64,000 nucleotides of DNA. Origin: Azolla caroliniana (lineage: Eukaryota; Plantae; Polypodiophyta). Numbering within the stretch: the stretch's first letter is position 1; every line of letters starts with the position of its first letter. The translations under genes were made by a program, and so were the position numbers. Below are positions 26,235 to 39,743 of the stretch, one piece after another. The notes below the pieces were generated by a model, which saw nothing but the letters and a program-made list of their open reading frames with translations, was not told the origin of the DNA and did not search any database. The stretch is taken from assembly GCA_043228905.1 (NCBI GenBank), contig JBHGNT010000009.1, forward strand, positions 4,898,001-4,962,000, given 5' to 3'.

Positions 26235-26740
26235 TCAATCAATACTACAATATTAGGAAAAAAGCAATCAATAGGTATAAAAATGGGAACATACCCATCC
26301 GTCGATACACTATCAGGCAGATACTTATTAATAGGTACACTATTAGGCAAAGACCTACCAATTGGTATAGAATTGGGCAAATACCCATCAATGAGTATAA
26401 ATTCCATCAGTTAACTATTAATTAAACAAAGACTCATAAGCAAATATACATCAAATGCTAATATTAAACAAACAACTGCCAATGGTGGGTAATATCAGGC
26501 AAAAAAAGCTCACCCATAAATGTGTATACAATTTGACATCAATATCTATTATAGGCAAATATCAATGAATGTCCATGGATACTATTAGACAAAGAACCAG
26601 GTATAACAAAGATCCCCTGATGCCTACTATTTAGCAATCGCCCATAGCAATGGATATACAAATTAGAATGGATATGAGCCATTCAATGGATACCTCAATA
26701 AGGCAGAGTTTCATCAATGGGCACATTACTAAGGAAAGAG
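26235..26740. repeat. Degenerate ~30-bp minisatellite upstream of the MYB-CC CDS
   Basis: Recurring ATCAAT(A/G)GGTA.AC.ATTAGGCAAA.ACCC. The 10-aa periodicity in ORF 26105-26407 reflects it. Confidence 0.65.
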
Positions 26741-27399
26741 ATATTGATTGATTATTTCAATCGGTAAGGAAAAACACAACATTTATCAAATAGTAAGCAA
26801 ACACCACATTATATATCAATGAGGTTGAAAAATGAGTAATAAATACCTCTGGATGATAGGTTTTCTTTCTTTTGTGTTTTTTCTTTTTCAAAAGGAGAAG
26901 AAGAATGCCCACTTGTTGGTTAGGGCGAGAACCAAGTTTGCATTTCCTGAAAGCAAAACGGCATGCCCAATAAGGTTATGAAGAAGGAAACAGCGCATAT
27001 ATAAAACAGAAACAGAGCATATATATATATATATATATACATACATATATATAGCAGAAACAGAGTTTTGAAATATATGGGAGATTTGATGGCAAGCTTT
27101 ACCATAACCAAAGTGCCCACAAGAAGCTTTTTAAAGACCAGGGGATTGATGAAGAAAGCTCACTGACTACACAAAGAACAAAAGCAAAGGAAAAGAGAGA
27201 AGAGAGAAGAGAGGAAGAGAGGAAGAGGCAAGATATGGAATATGCTGTCTTCCAAGACAAGACAAGAAGAGACATTATTCCTTATTTTTATCATATCATC
27301 ATCACAATAATATAATAACATGAAAGGAAAGATATATACCTATTCTACTACTACATAATTCACCCACCAATGACCATACCTCCTTTCTATAAACATAAG

Positions 27400-27720
27400 A
27401 ATGGTCATATTCATCATAAAATGCTCAATCTCATTCATTACATTAGGATGCTTGCCCCCCTAATTCCTCTTATGAATCATGATGATCTTATAATGGGTCA
27501 TATTCATCATAAAATGCTCAATCTCATTCATTACATTAGGATGCTTTGCCCCCCCCCCCCCCCCCAATTCCTCTTATGATTATCTTATAATGGGGTCATA
27601 TTCATCATAAAAATGCCCAATCTCATTCATTACATTAGGATGCTTGCCCCCTTAGTTCCTCTTATGATGATCTTATAATGCAAAAACCATTCAATCTTAG
27701 TTCCTCTTATGATGATCATC
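27400..27720. repeat. Tandem repeat, about 95-bp unit, three copies plus a partial copy
   Basis: GGTCATATTCATCATAAAATGCTCAATCTCATTCATTACATTAGGATGCTT(T)GCCCCC... repeated three times. Confidence 0.9.
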
Positions 27721-28601
27721 GTAACACTTTCCTTCGAGAATCCATATCGAGAATCCGTATCGTATTATGCATACAATTTCGTTTGAGCACCCAACCCACC
27801 CTTTCCCCTTGCGAGGTCCCTCCCTGGACCCTGATCTTTGTGAGACTAGTTGTAGAACTTCCATATGTCTCCATCGGATCGAATCATTGACATCATATGC
27901 CTTTGAGCATCAAACCCATGATGTGACTTTGATGCGCATCCATGCGGGGCTCTAGGCTACTTCCATTAACATTTTAAGAGCATATGTTTTGAGTTAATAA
28001 TATATTGCGTTATAGGTATCGTAATTCCCCTCTTCTAGTTGACTTCCAGTCTGCAAGCACGTCATCTCCTAGCTCTTAGTTTACTAGATCGCAAGTGTGT
28101 TTACAACTCATTTCTCTTTCTTGACCACTCATGTATAGTAGTGACATTTAGTCAATTTATGCGATCATAATTGATCCATGCCCCATATCTAATTTTTTTT
28201 CATGCATATAATCTAATGTTCACATATGCCCTGGGACCCCATAGTGACATCCATCATATATGGGTTTTATTTTCTAAACGTATCTATGTTGTGATACAAT
28301 TTTTAATGCGCTAATGAGTGTATCAATGCACAATTCTCCCTTATACGATGGATTTAACAAATAATGAAGTAAACTTTATAATGACGAATACCGATATAAC
28401 TTCTCCAAACTTGTCTTTGTATCCTCTAGTAATATGCGTCACCCGTTTCTATAATCCACTCCTTCATCAATCTTTCAAAGGCTCGTAGTTTTGGACTCAT
28501 TTATGATTTGGATCCAATGGTTTTTCGTTTTCTATTTATTCTTGTCTCTTGGTCTCTCAAAGCTAGAGAGAGCACCTTTACCTTCTTACCAATGTCATAT
28601 T

Positions 28602-28657
<56 letters not shown>

Positions 28658-30759
28658 CCATCTTTGCTATCTTTGCTCCTCCTCAAGCACCATAGTTCCA
28701 TATCTTGTTCACCATTAAAACAAAAACTCATTTCCCCCTTATAGTCAAGTATAAATACTAGTGAGGATAGTGTGGACTCAAACTTATTGATTCATTCATA
28801 CTTCATCATTCTTCTCTTCATTGTCTCCCACATTTATTCCTTTATCATTCAATGTAATTCCTTTTGGAAGTTAGAAAGGATACTTTGAGCATCCATTAAC
28901 TAGCATGGAGAAATAAATCGAAGATGTTGGCCTCCAAGTAATCTACTACACAACTTGGCTTACAAACCATACTACGTAAAATTTGTGTTGATTAGGCCAA
29001 ATATTCATTTTCATACGTATGCAAACGAATGCATATGTTATTATTATTTTTTACACTTCTTACCTTAACTTTCTTACCCTATAAATAATTTACCTTATAA
29101 TAAATAATGAGTGCAAAAGTATGGTATTTACCATACTTCCGAGGCTGTTTTTCTTATGCGAATGATAAGAATGTTCGAGAATGTGAATGCACGAATGGTA
29201 CGCATGCTTCATACTATGTTACAAACCATGCTCCGTAAAACTTGGCAGAACTCAATTCAACCAACCTTGATTGTTAAACGTTCAAAAGACAACAAGAAGT
29301 AAGATGAAGAATCTGTCCCCATACATTTATGTTGTAAGTCTATCATTTTTTTGTTATAACTCCATATATCTATATAGTATGACACACATTTTCCATTCTC
29401 TCATGTTCAGTCATTTGATGAGAAGATTGGTGGCCTATCCAGAAGTGACTTAGACCTACTACCTACTTTAAATATCTTCCAATTACAAAAGTCATAGTGC
29501 ATAAGAAAGGCTCGCAACAATTATTTTGGTGAAAACGTAATACATATAAGATGCACAAAGGTCAAGAGAGTGTTGCAAATACCAACTACATATCAAGACA
29601 AGTGAAATTTGTTACATGGAGGAGTTTTCATTGATGCATGGAGAAGAAAACTGTATCTACTTGACATAATTGATAATCATCAGTGCGAGGGTTGAGTTTT
29701 CTTTATTGTTATATAGAGCGTTTTCTTCATTACCATAGGAACCTTCATTGGGCATTGTGTGTGCAAGCATACCATTGCATGTAGAGAAAGTTTACTTCAT
29801 CATCATATATAGAATTTTCTTCATTGTCATATAGATCTTAATTGGCATTCTGTATGCAAGCCTACCATTGCATTGCCATTCAGAGAGTTCTCTTCTCTAT
29901 CATATCAAGATTTTTTTCTTCATTGGCATTTTGGGTGCTGCATTGTTAAGTATTCGTCAAACTATTTTCCGAAATAAATGTAAAAGATGGTGATGGGCAA
30001 GTATAAGAGCTTAGATATCCACGTGTTGAGTTTTAAGATGATAAATGTAATGACGAGATGTTTGATATTGTTGAATTGATAAAATAATAGAGAAGACTTG
30101 GGGGTATGCTTTAACTTGGGTATTCCTACACATTTTACCACATTTCACCCTCAGGCGCCTTTATTTTTCTAATTAAGAATCATAAGTGTGACATAAATTG
30201 CTTAAAGTTTTTTTTAAAGCTTTATTAGTTTGTTATTTCCGAATAAAGACATTTGTTACATTTCAAAATAGTATAGATTCTTCTCATTGTGTGATAATAA
30301 TATATTACTAGACTTTAAATGTTGCATGTCACCTTATTTTCAATTTTTCAATATCATGGTTTTAATTTTGTAGATTTTCTGACGTTGTTTCATTATGTCA
30401 TAGGAGTGGGGTTCTAATATGGCATTTTTTGTTTCAAAAGTTAGATGCAATATATATGCCTCGACAATGTGATGTGTCGATGGAATTTTGTCGACTTCAT
30501 TAACATGTGATAACTAAAGGCAACAATATTGTCTTTTAGTATCATTATGACATAACATGTTTCTTTTATGACATGCATAGTTGCAACCTTTTCAATGGTC
30601 ATTTTTGTTTATTTGGCTTTGGACCAACACTCGTTAGAATTTAGCAGGCTCAACATAGTACACACATTTGGTAAACTGATTTATTAATTCTTTATTTTAG
30701 TAGAAAGCTTTACACACATCAATGCCTAATCAACAAATTCAAGTGTGATAAAGGAATGA

Positions 30760-33700
30760 GTGCACATTGTTTGAAGTATGTAATCTATTGAGATGATTTC
30801 CGACAAGGGTCTTGATGTTCGAATCAAGAAGTTTGGTGCAAAAGTAACAGATTCTTCTAGCAAGGTTGTAAGAATAGGGGTAAGATGCAACACTCTCTAC
30901 GAGTTGAGCACGTTTAAAATCTCTATCGACCAGAGTATGAGTACCAACACAAAACATGTGAGATTTGGGCATCTCAATGTTGTTTTATTGAAGGAGATGA
31001 AGAAGTCGAATATGGTAGTTGGGTTGCCAACCCTATCTTACTTATGTCATGTTTTTTATGCTTGTATGATGGGAAAACATCAAAGATCAATCATTCCAAA
31101 AGAGAGTTGAAATCGGATAAAGTCTCATCTATAGCTAATACACATCTCCCTTGCTGGAAAAATGCTAGTATTTGACGACTTTAGTAGAAAGATGTGGGTT
31201 TACTTCCGTCAAGAGAAAGCTGAAGCTTTTAACAACTTCAAAAGATAGCATAAATTTGTCGAGAAGGAATCTAGAAAGTTAGTGAAGGAGTTATTCTTTG
31301 ATCAAGATGGAGAATTTTGTGAGTATTGCAATGTGCATGGAATTAAGCACCAACTTACAACGGCCTACACCCCATAATAGAATGGCGTTGATGAACACCA
31401 GAACCAAACTATCATCGAGATGGCTAGGTGTACGTTGAAGGCACAAGCATTGATCGACCCATTCTGGGTTGAAGCAGTGAATACAACAATTTACGTCCTC
31501 AATTGGAGCTACATGAAGGCACTTCAAGGGAAAACACTACAAGAAGCTTATTCCAGCGAGAAATTTTTAGTGCTACACTTCAGAGCTTTTGGATGTATGT
31601 GCTACACACATGTTCCAAACATCAACAGGAAGAAGTTGGATGCCAAAAGCAGGAGGTGCACGATTCTCGAATACAACGAAGATTCAAGAGTCTATCGACT
31701 CTACGATCCAGAGGCAAGAAAGATATTGACAAGCCACGATGTGGTGTTCAATGAGGAATGACTATAGCTAGATGAGAACAAGAATTCTCAAGTTACCTCA
31801 TCAACTGAAGAAGTATTCCACCCATTGTCGACCCATTGTCCAAGAAGGGAAGCTTAATTGTCTGATGGTAATGACTTGTTTGTTCAACCTGTGCTAGAAC
31901 CATGTGTAAAGAAAATACATAAGTGGGCTCAACAACTTTCAATGATTGTACTTCTAAAGTTAAGTTTCCCAAAACTCCAACTAATGGATTACGAAGATCA
32001 AGAAGAATAGAGGAGCAAGGGAGAGCCCGTGACCACATCATCAAGATGGCTCCAATGGTAGACATCATAGGCCTAGAGAGTGAGTTGACTTCAATGGAGG
32101 AAGCCATGTCCAACCCGAAGTGGAAAGAGGCAATGCTATCAAAATACAACAACATCATGAAGAATGACATATGGGAGTTGGTAGAGAGACCAACAAAGAA
32201 GAATGTGATAGGCATAAAGTGGGTGTGGAAATCAAAGTATAAAACTGATGGTACTTTGGAAAAATTCAAGGCTAGGCTAGTAGCGCAAGGATACTCCCAA
32301 ATCGAAGGGTTCGATGTACAGGAAACCTTTGCCCCGACAACTTGCATGACAAGTTAAACAATCATAACTTTGGCTACTTCAAGAGGATGGTTGATTTATC
32401 ATATGGACATCAAATCGGCATTATTGAATGTGCGTTTCAAGGAGGAGGTATACATGACACAACCACCAAGGTTTGAGATGTTGAATTCAAAAAACAAAGT
32501 ATGCAAGCTGAAGAAGGCATTGTATGGTCTAAAGAAAGCATCAAGAGCTTGAAACAAGAGGATAGACAATTCCTTACAATCAATCAACTTGAAACAATGT
32601 GCTTCTGATGCAAGTATGTATGCCCGAATGAAGGGTGGGAAAGAAGTCATCATCATCATTTACGTAGATGATCTAGTACTTGTCAGTGGTCATGAAGAGT
32701 GCATTGGTCAAACACAAGAGTGTTTAAAAACTGAGTTCGAAATGACAGACTTAGGGATTCTACACTACCTCCTTGGGATCAAGGTTTGGCAAATCTCGAT
32801 TGGCATCTTCTTGTCACAAAGAAAGTATGCAACAGAGATATTGAGGACCTTTGGGATGATGACATGCCGAAGTCAACTCCAATGGAGTCAAACTGCAAGC
32901 TATCCCAAGAAAACCCTTCATCGATGGTTGACATAAGGAAGTACATGCAGCTTGTAGGGAGTCTAATTTTCCTATGCAATAGTAGGCCGGATATTTGCTT
33001 TGTAGTCAATGTGGTGAGTTGATTCGGCAACAAGCCAAAGAAGACTCATTGGAAAGCTACCCTACATGTATTAAAGTACATTGCAAGTACTTTAAATTAT
33101 GGAATATTCTACATGTCGATAGTTGACGAATTTAGTGGGTATTGCGACTCTGACTAGGATGGAGATAATGACACCAATAAATCAGTTTCTAGATATTGTT
33201 TTTCAATGGGTTCATGATCTATTTCCTATAGCAGTCAAAAGAAACCAACAATGGCACTATCTTCGACGAAGGCGAACTACAAAGCGGCATGCATAGTGAC
33301 ATGCAAGGTAGTTTGGATAAGAAGAATCCTTATGGATGTGGCGATTCAAATTAGAACAACAACCGCATTGAGGTGTGACCACCAGAGATGCATGGCCATT
33401 GCCAAGAACCCTGTATTTCATGCACGTACTAAACACATCGTGATGCAGTATCACCATGTGTCCGACATCGAGCTAATAGATAATGAGACTGTGGAGCTTG
33501 AGTACTATCCGACATCAGACAATGTTGCAGACATCTTCACAAAGGCTATAGGAGCAGAACAACTACAACACCACCTTCAACAACTCGGAGCTGACCCGAT
33601 TCCATGTTAGGTCAGTGGGTTGACCATTGATGGGGCATGCTACATATAATCAATGATCAACCCCAAGTTGACAATTTATCCCCACATGTATTCTTAGAGT

Positions 33701-34223
33701 GCACATTTTGTGAAAGCACCCACAATGGAGAGTAGCTATTGTGCAAGTTGACCATATGGGTCGATAAGGTGTCAATGTAGGAAACTATAGATGAGTAGGA
33801 TAGAATATTTTGTGAGAACATTAAGATGTACTAAGTCTTGAAGTATGTGCCATTGACTTTACGAGAACTACTATTAAGCACTAGCTTGTAACTAGGGAGT
33901 TGGGTCATATTAAACTAGAAGTTAGTTGACAGAAAAGGAATACCCCCACTACTATAATTTGACTTATACATTTATTATGACACTGAGACCAAATAGAGAT
34001 ATAATCCACTCTCTCTATCTCCGCAATGGTTGTGACTATTATCTTTCCCCACTTAGTTTGTAGTCGATTGGTCCATATCCCGTCTAAGCTCTAAGGTGTG
34101 AGCGCATGGGTGGGCTACCATTGTGAGCTACTCTCATATGTAATAGAAAGTTTGATTTCATATATGCATCTCTATGATTGTAACTCTATATGCCTATCTA
34201 ATCGATTCTCAATATTTCTAACA
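30760..34223 (+). mobile_element. 5'-truncated, degenerate Ty1/copia element with probable 3' LTR
   Basis: Integrase (FWVEAVNT, KKLDAKS), RT (KWVWK..KARLVAQG, YVDD) and RNase H (HARTKHI, ADIFTK), all with stops or frameshifts. PPT-like GATGGGGCA at about 33629. Putative LTR 33638-34223 (TG...CA). Confidence 0.85.
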
Positions 34224-34447
34224 ATTGTTCTTAGAAGTATGTAATACATTGGGATGTTTCACAAAAATACGAAGAGGACAATAATTATACTAAGTATGAA
34301 TAAGTTCTCACTCATCTTTCGAACATAGCTTTGAAATTGACTCTCTCATTGTCAGATTGATATGCATTGAATCATCAATCATTTGTATAATCAATGTATG
34401 GCATTACGTTAGTTTCTTTGGCATACCATTCGTTTCTTCTCAAAGTT

Positions 34448-36593
34448 TTTTTTTTTTTTTTTTTTTCCAAAAAAAGATACTACATTAGTATTAGAAAACC
34501 GCCATAAGGCTAAACATACAAGCTATACCGATCCCCTATATTTTTCTAAAGTCTAACCATTGGCTTGAATAAACACTTTGGTGTTGAGTAGAACCACTCC
34601 ACCTTACCAAAATACCGTCTATAAAATATACCTATGTCCCAAATGGCATGAAACTCCACCCGCCTAAGCTCCGCTTGATGCGTATTACCTTTTATACCAT
34701 CCAACATCCCTCTAAGATTATGTACAATCTCTATCCAAATTCCAGAGATTATTTGAGCAGGTCTTTCAGTCGTATTTTGAAATACCTTCAAACATCGAGC
34801 CTTCCAAATATACCAAATTGTAATACTGCTTACCAATTGCCATATTTGAGGTTTATCAGTTTGTATTTGTGGATTCGGAGGGATCAAAATTTTTTCCATC
34901 ATACCATGCCTCACCATAATAGCATCCGCAACCTCCTCATGTTCATATTCCATCGGTTTATCATGTACCGCTGCCCATAATACTGCACCCCATGTGTACA
35001 CTGCTCTAGGATATATAGGAATTAAAAATTTTATAATTTGTTTCCATATATCCATAGCAAAACCACAACTCCACAAACAATGTTTAGCAGTCTCTATTAC
35101 ATCTGTACAAAAAGGACACATCTTGTCTACATTTCCTTTTCGCCACCCATTAACTGGTATAGCATTATGAACCAACAACCATCGAAAACCAACAATTTTC
35201 CTACTCATCTTTATACCCCATAACCATTTCCAAAATTGTTTAAGATGTTGTGGAGAAAGTTCATTTCGTCTCCAAACAATATTTGCAGTTGGTTCTTTCC
35301 ATGATCTAGCAGCTAATACTTTCCTACCAATCCTCACAGAATACTAAAAAAACGGCACATATTTGATGTTATCTTGCATCCTCACCTTCCAATACAGTTC
35401 TCCAGGATCCCAAGTTAGTGTAGATATTGATCTCCTTTCCAAAATCCAAATCCTCCACAAACAATTCACCTTTTGAGGATCCGGGTCTAATACCCAATTT
35501 GATCCATCATTTGCAATCACCCTCACTTCTTTATGTAAACAAAAACTAAACAAATCATGTTCCATAGATGTACAGATTAACCTACCATCATCCTGTACAT
35601 CCAAAGTCATGCATTCTTGTTCCCCAATATAGGCTTTCACTCCAATTAAAACATCCAATGGAGTAAATAAACCCATCCACTTGTGTGTAGTATATCCAAT
35701 TTGCATTTGAACATTAACAAGGGCATTCTGGATCGCAGAATACATTATCTTCCCACCCCTTATATTACTAATTAATAGCATTTGTTGATCTATAGATTTA
35801 GACAAAAAAGTTATCCATGCACCTATAGACTGTGCTGGCCCACGATCTAATTCTGCCCATGCACATTTAGTACGCTTTCCCAACATTTGTCCTCTTAGGT
35901 CAGTCAACCATGAATTCCAAATCAGCGGTTGCCTACAGAATTCAGATTCTGTTTTTGGCAATGTCTTAACTAAATCACGAGAAATATCTTTCCATGCTTT
36001 AAGAACACATCGAGCAAATCTATCTTCCCAACTTGTAGCAATAGCCAATTTATTATGTTCCATAAAAGCCCATCTAGCACTAGGCGTCCAATCTCCACCC
36101 GTCTTGGGACAAAACCTTTGCAATTCATAAAACAACAATTGTTTCCAAGGTTCCGATCCTGGCAATAATCCTCGAATCACCAATTTTGCCATTAAAGCTT
36201 TCGATTGTTGTAATGGATCCACAATCCCTAATCCTCCTTGATCCAATGGCTTAACAATTGTGGACCAAGAGACTTTTGCCCTAGCATGGCTTCCATCATT
36301 ACCAGACCACAAATAATTTCGAATCAATCTTTGCAATTGTCCCATACATGATCTCGAAAAACTCCAACATGACATAATATACCAGAGACTAGACAACAAA
36401 ACATGATTAACGACTATCACTCTACCCGCAAATGATAGTTTAGCTTTACTCCAAAACATAAGTTTTTTCCTAATTTTCAATAACAAAGAAGCAACCTGAA
36501 TTTCTGAAGAAATATTCAACCCTACTTGACATCCCAAATATCTAACTGAAGTGCCCTCGGGAACCCATCTGAAATCTGGATGAGGACTCCATT
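34448..36593 (-). mobile_element. 5'-truncated L1-type LINE (ORF2 C-terminus with zf-RVT) with poly(A) tail
   Basis: ORF2 motifs YLG, LSFAGRV, GGLG, CPFC..ETAKHCLWSC and IWYIWKARC. Poly(T) on the plus strand at about 34446-34466. Perfect 16-bp TSD GTTTCTTCTCAAAGTT (34432-34447 / 36594-36609). One in-frame TAG at 35344-35346. Confidence 0.95.
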
Positions 36594-38984
36594 GTTTCTT
36601 CTCAAAGTTAATAAACATTATGTCACGTTTCTATAATGTCTACATGGTTGTCATATGTAATTGTGTATTTTCGTGTTTGTATTTGGAATAATGTCACTTC
36701 ATCCAATGAAGCATTGATTATTAAGATATATTGTGCAAAGTGTATAGATTGAAATATTTTGATTACCATCTTTCCTTTAAAAGTTTAGAATAGTAGACAA
36801 ATACTATATGACAACTTTATTGCAATAAAGAGCAAATGATTTTACTAGGTGGCAAATATATTCTCCGTCAAGTTGTATGCTTTGACACATTAGTAGTTCA
36901 ACTATAACATGTGAATGTGAGAATGAGAGAATCTTGATATTTGTAATAATGTTAAACCCTAGTATAAAGAGCATTATGTTGACTATGTCCATGTCAAAAA
37001 GTGAGGATAAAACATTGACGCTCATCCAGAACTACTCTAGTATTGTCATGTGAATGAATATGCACAAACAAGGAGAACTAGAGAACCAACAAGTTATTAA
37101 CATCTGAATAAATATCCGAGAGATAGAGAAAACATAAAACCTCCCATTTTGTAACAAAACAAAATTTTCCTAGTGTTTGTATATTGTTCAAAATTGTTTG
37201 GAGTCTTTGGATCCATCCATATAAAAGTATAGTTTCCTATCTTTCCATTAAATTCATAATTGGGTGTGAATGGATGCACCTATGAATTTGCAATGATTGC
37301 AGCATTCCAACAATGATATTCAACACAAATCCTTGCCTTCCATTGTTCTTATGGACCAAGACAATTAGGGAAATCAATGTTTTTGGTATGGTAATAAGAT
37401 GATGTCCATAAACAAGTTGGTATAAAGCTTACATATTTCTCAATATCTATTTCACAAAGTAAATGACTTATTCTACACTTGGATGGAACATTGATCTCCT
37501 CTTCTAGTTAATGTGACAACATGGATGCGATTTTTTAGTTTTAACACATTAATTCTATCATCAATTCATTTTTGGAAGTTGAGAAATTCATGACATTTGC
37601 TTACCATCATATAACTCAAAGGTTGCAAATTTGAACCAAAACCAATGAATCAAATGTTATGCTCATTGTAAAACGAGTTCATATTTTGGTTGTGCGTTCA
37701 ATTCTAATGCCACATTCATTGTACAAAGATATTCGTATTTTTTAATAGTAGCATCTAGATCATACTCTAATAATATTGGATTTACAAATTCATTCACAAA
37801 ATCTTACATTATGATGATCAAAGTAGTATAGTATACACACATATGTAATTGCTTTCTTGGGCTCGATTTACATCACCCCACATGTAACAAAGGACGATTA
37901 ATATAAGGCAAGAAAAGAACACTTTCATTTATAGGCTAGAGTCTAGTATGAGGTGTGCCATCACTTGATTCACATTGTTGATAGGTCAGGTGTGAATCCA
38001 CCATTAGAATGTTTTTTGGGGAAAGTAGTGTGTATAACTTACTCTGAAGGTGAAACCATTTCAACCATGATTATCGATTATCTCAAGATAGCTAATATAA
38101 ATGATAAAGATTCGTCCACCATGATGCACAACTCCACATGAATAACAATGTCAACTTTTATTAGCTAAGCAAAGGTAGCTTGAAAATAGGATAGTGGAAT
38201 TCACAAGATTGACCTAAGACTCGTTTGAATCTCAGAACCCTAGGTTTTTAAAGAGGATCGCTTTCCCAATAAACCTCGTCAAAATTAGTAAATGAAACAA
38301 CGAGCAAAGCTCTAAGAGTAGTTTACCGCTCTAATAGTAAAATGAGATATCCCCCCCAACAAAAGCCTATGAAAAAAGTAAATTCAAAGCTAAATATGTA
38401 TGTCCAAAAAACTTGTGACACGATTTTCAAAACCTTGAGATCAGCAATTCTACCTCGAGCTTGGTCTTTGTTTTTTTACTCTTCGTATATCATGTGATTA
38501 GTATAGACACATACATTTTTATATTACTCAATAGTACAAAGGTTAAAACTATTAGATTGAAATATGTGCATATTTCCTTCATAAAGCTTGTGAATGATTG
38601 ATGACAAGGATATTAAGAGAATTGAACAATATGTTTTCATCACAATAGTACCTTGCTATACATCCTTCATTAGCAAGAAACGGACATTGATTTTCAACAC
38701 TAACACAAAGCAAAATTACCTAAGTTGCAACATAAGTCTTTGGATGGCATACTAGTTTCTAGATATAAGACAAGAGTATAACAACCCCTATGACTAAACG
38801 AGTTGTAATGAAAAATCACTTGCATAGTTCTCTCTATAAAAAGAGTACTAGAACTTTTATATCATATGTACACAATCACTTAAAGTGAAAAAGTTGTGCA
38901 ATAAAATTGAATACGTTAAGTAAGAGGCCATCTGCATTATGCAATGGCAACAATTAGCGGTTATTGAGATATTCTGTGCAAAGA

Positions 38985-39280
38985 AAATACCATGACAATA
39001 ATGCTTCATTTCAAGATGATAATAATATATGTACAATGCAATAGTTCCAAAGTTAGGCCAATAAAGGAGCTTCCTAGAGCTAGAAAATGTCTTGTTTCTT
39101 GAATACAATGTTATCTCAATACATGTTGTGTACAAAAGAAATACAATGACAATAATGCTTCATTTAAAGATGATAATAATATTGTACAATGTAATAGTTC
39201 CAAAGTTAGGCCAATAAAGGAGCTTCCTAGAGCCATAAAATGTCTCAGTTCTTGAAGACAATGCTATCTCAATACAACAC
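38985..39280. repeat. Tandem duplication of about 155 bp
   Basis: AAAGAAA.TAC.ATGACAATAATGCTTCATTT.AAGATGATAATAAT...CCAAAGTTAGGCCAATAAA.GGAGCTTCCTAGAGC occurs twice. Confidence 0.85.
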
Positions 39281-39743
39281 AAAGACTATGTGCTTGCAAA
39301 CATTTTCTATCCTAAAGATTAGTTTTGAAGTATGAGAGTCTAAGATACATTGGAGAAAAATGGAAAAAAGAAGCCAACAAATTACTTTAGAGCTCCTATC
39401 AAATAAGTGTATTCGTGATCTTAAACATGAATCTGTCACTCAAGTGTGTATGAAGACATTCACTCCATGCATGATTTGGAAGAAAGGTATTTCCTTCTTC
39501 GAAAGCATGATATAGCTATGGCATCGTACACATGAATACATGCAAGTGTAAGATGATGATGAATAAGATGACATAGCTTGCCAAGGTTTGAAAATACGAT
39601 ACGGTTTTACAACCTTGGCAAGCATGTGTTCTCCATCGGGAACCAAATAAAGTGCGTCATAAAATGTGTTTCGAATCCTAGGCCCTTGTTACATTTAGAT
39701 GAAGGGGGTTAACTAGGTGAATGGCAATACAAATCCATTTGAG

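Noticed and set aside
27400-27720. CRISPR-like array
   Set aside because: These are direct tandem repeats without unique spacers, in a eukaryotic context with no cas genes.
37100-37800. Possible ancient LINE ORF1 remnant (ARICVE-like and FCYKMG motifs on the minus strand)
   Set aside because: Only two short motifs; too degenerate to support without a search.
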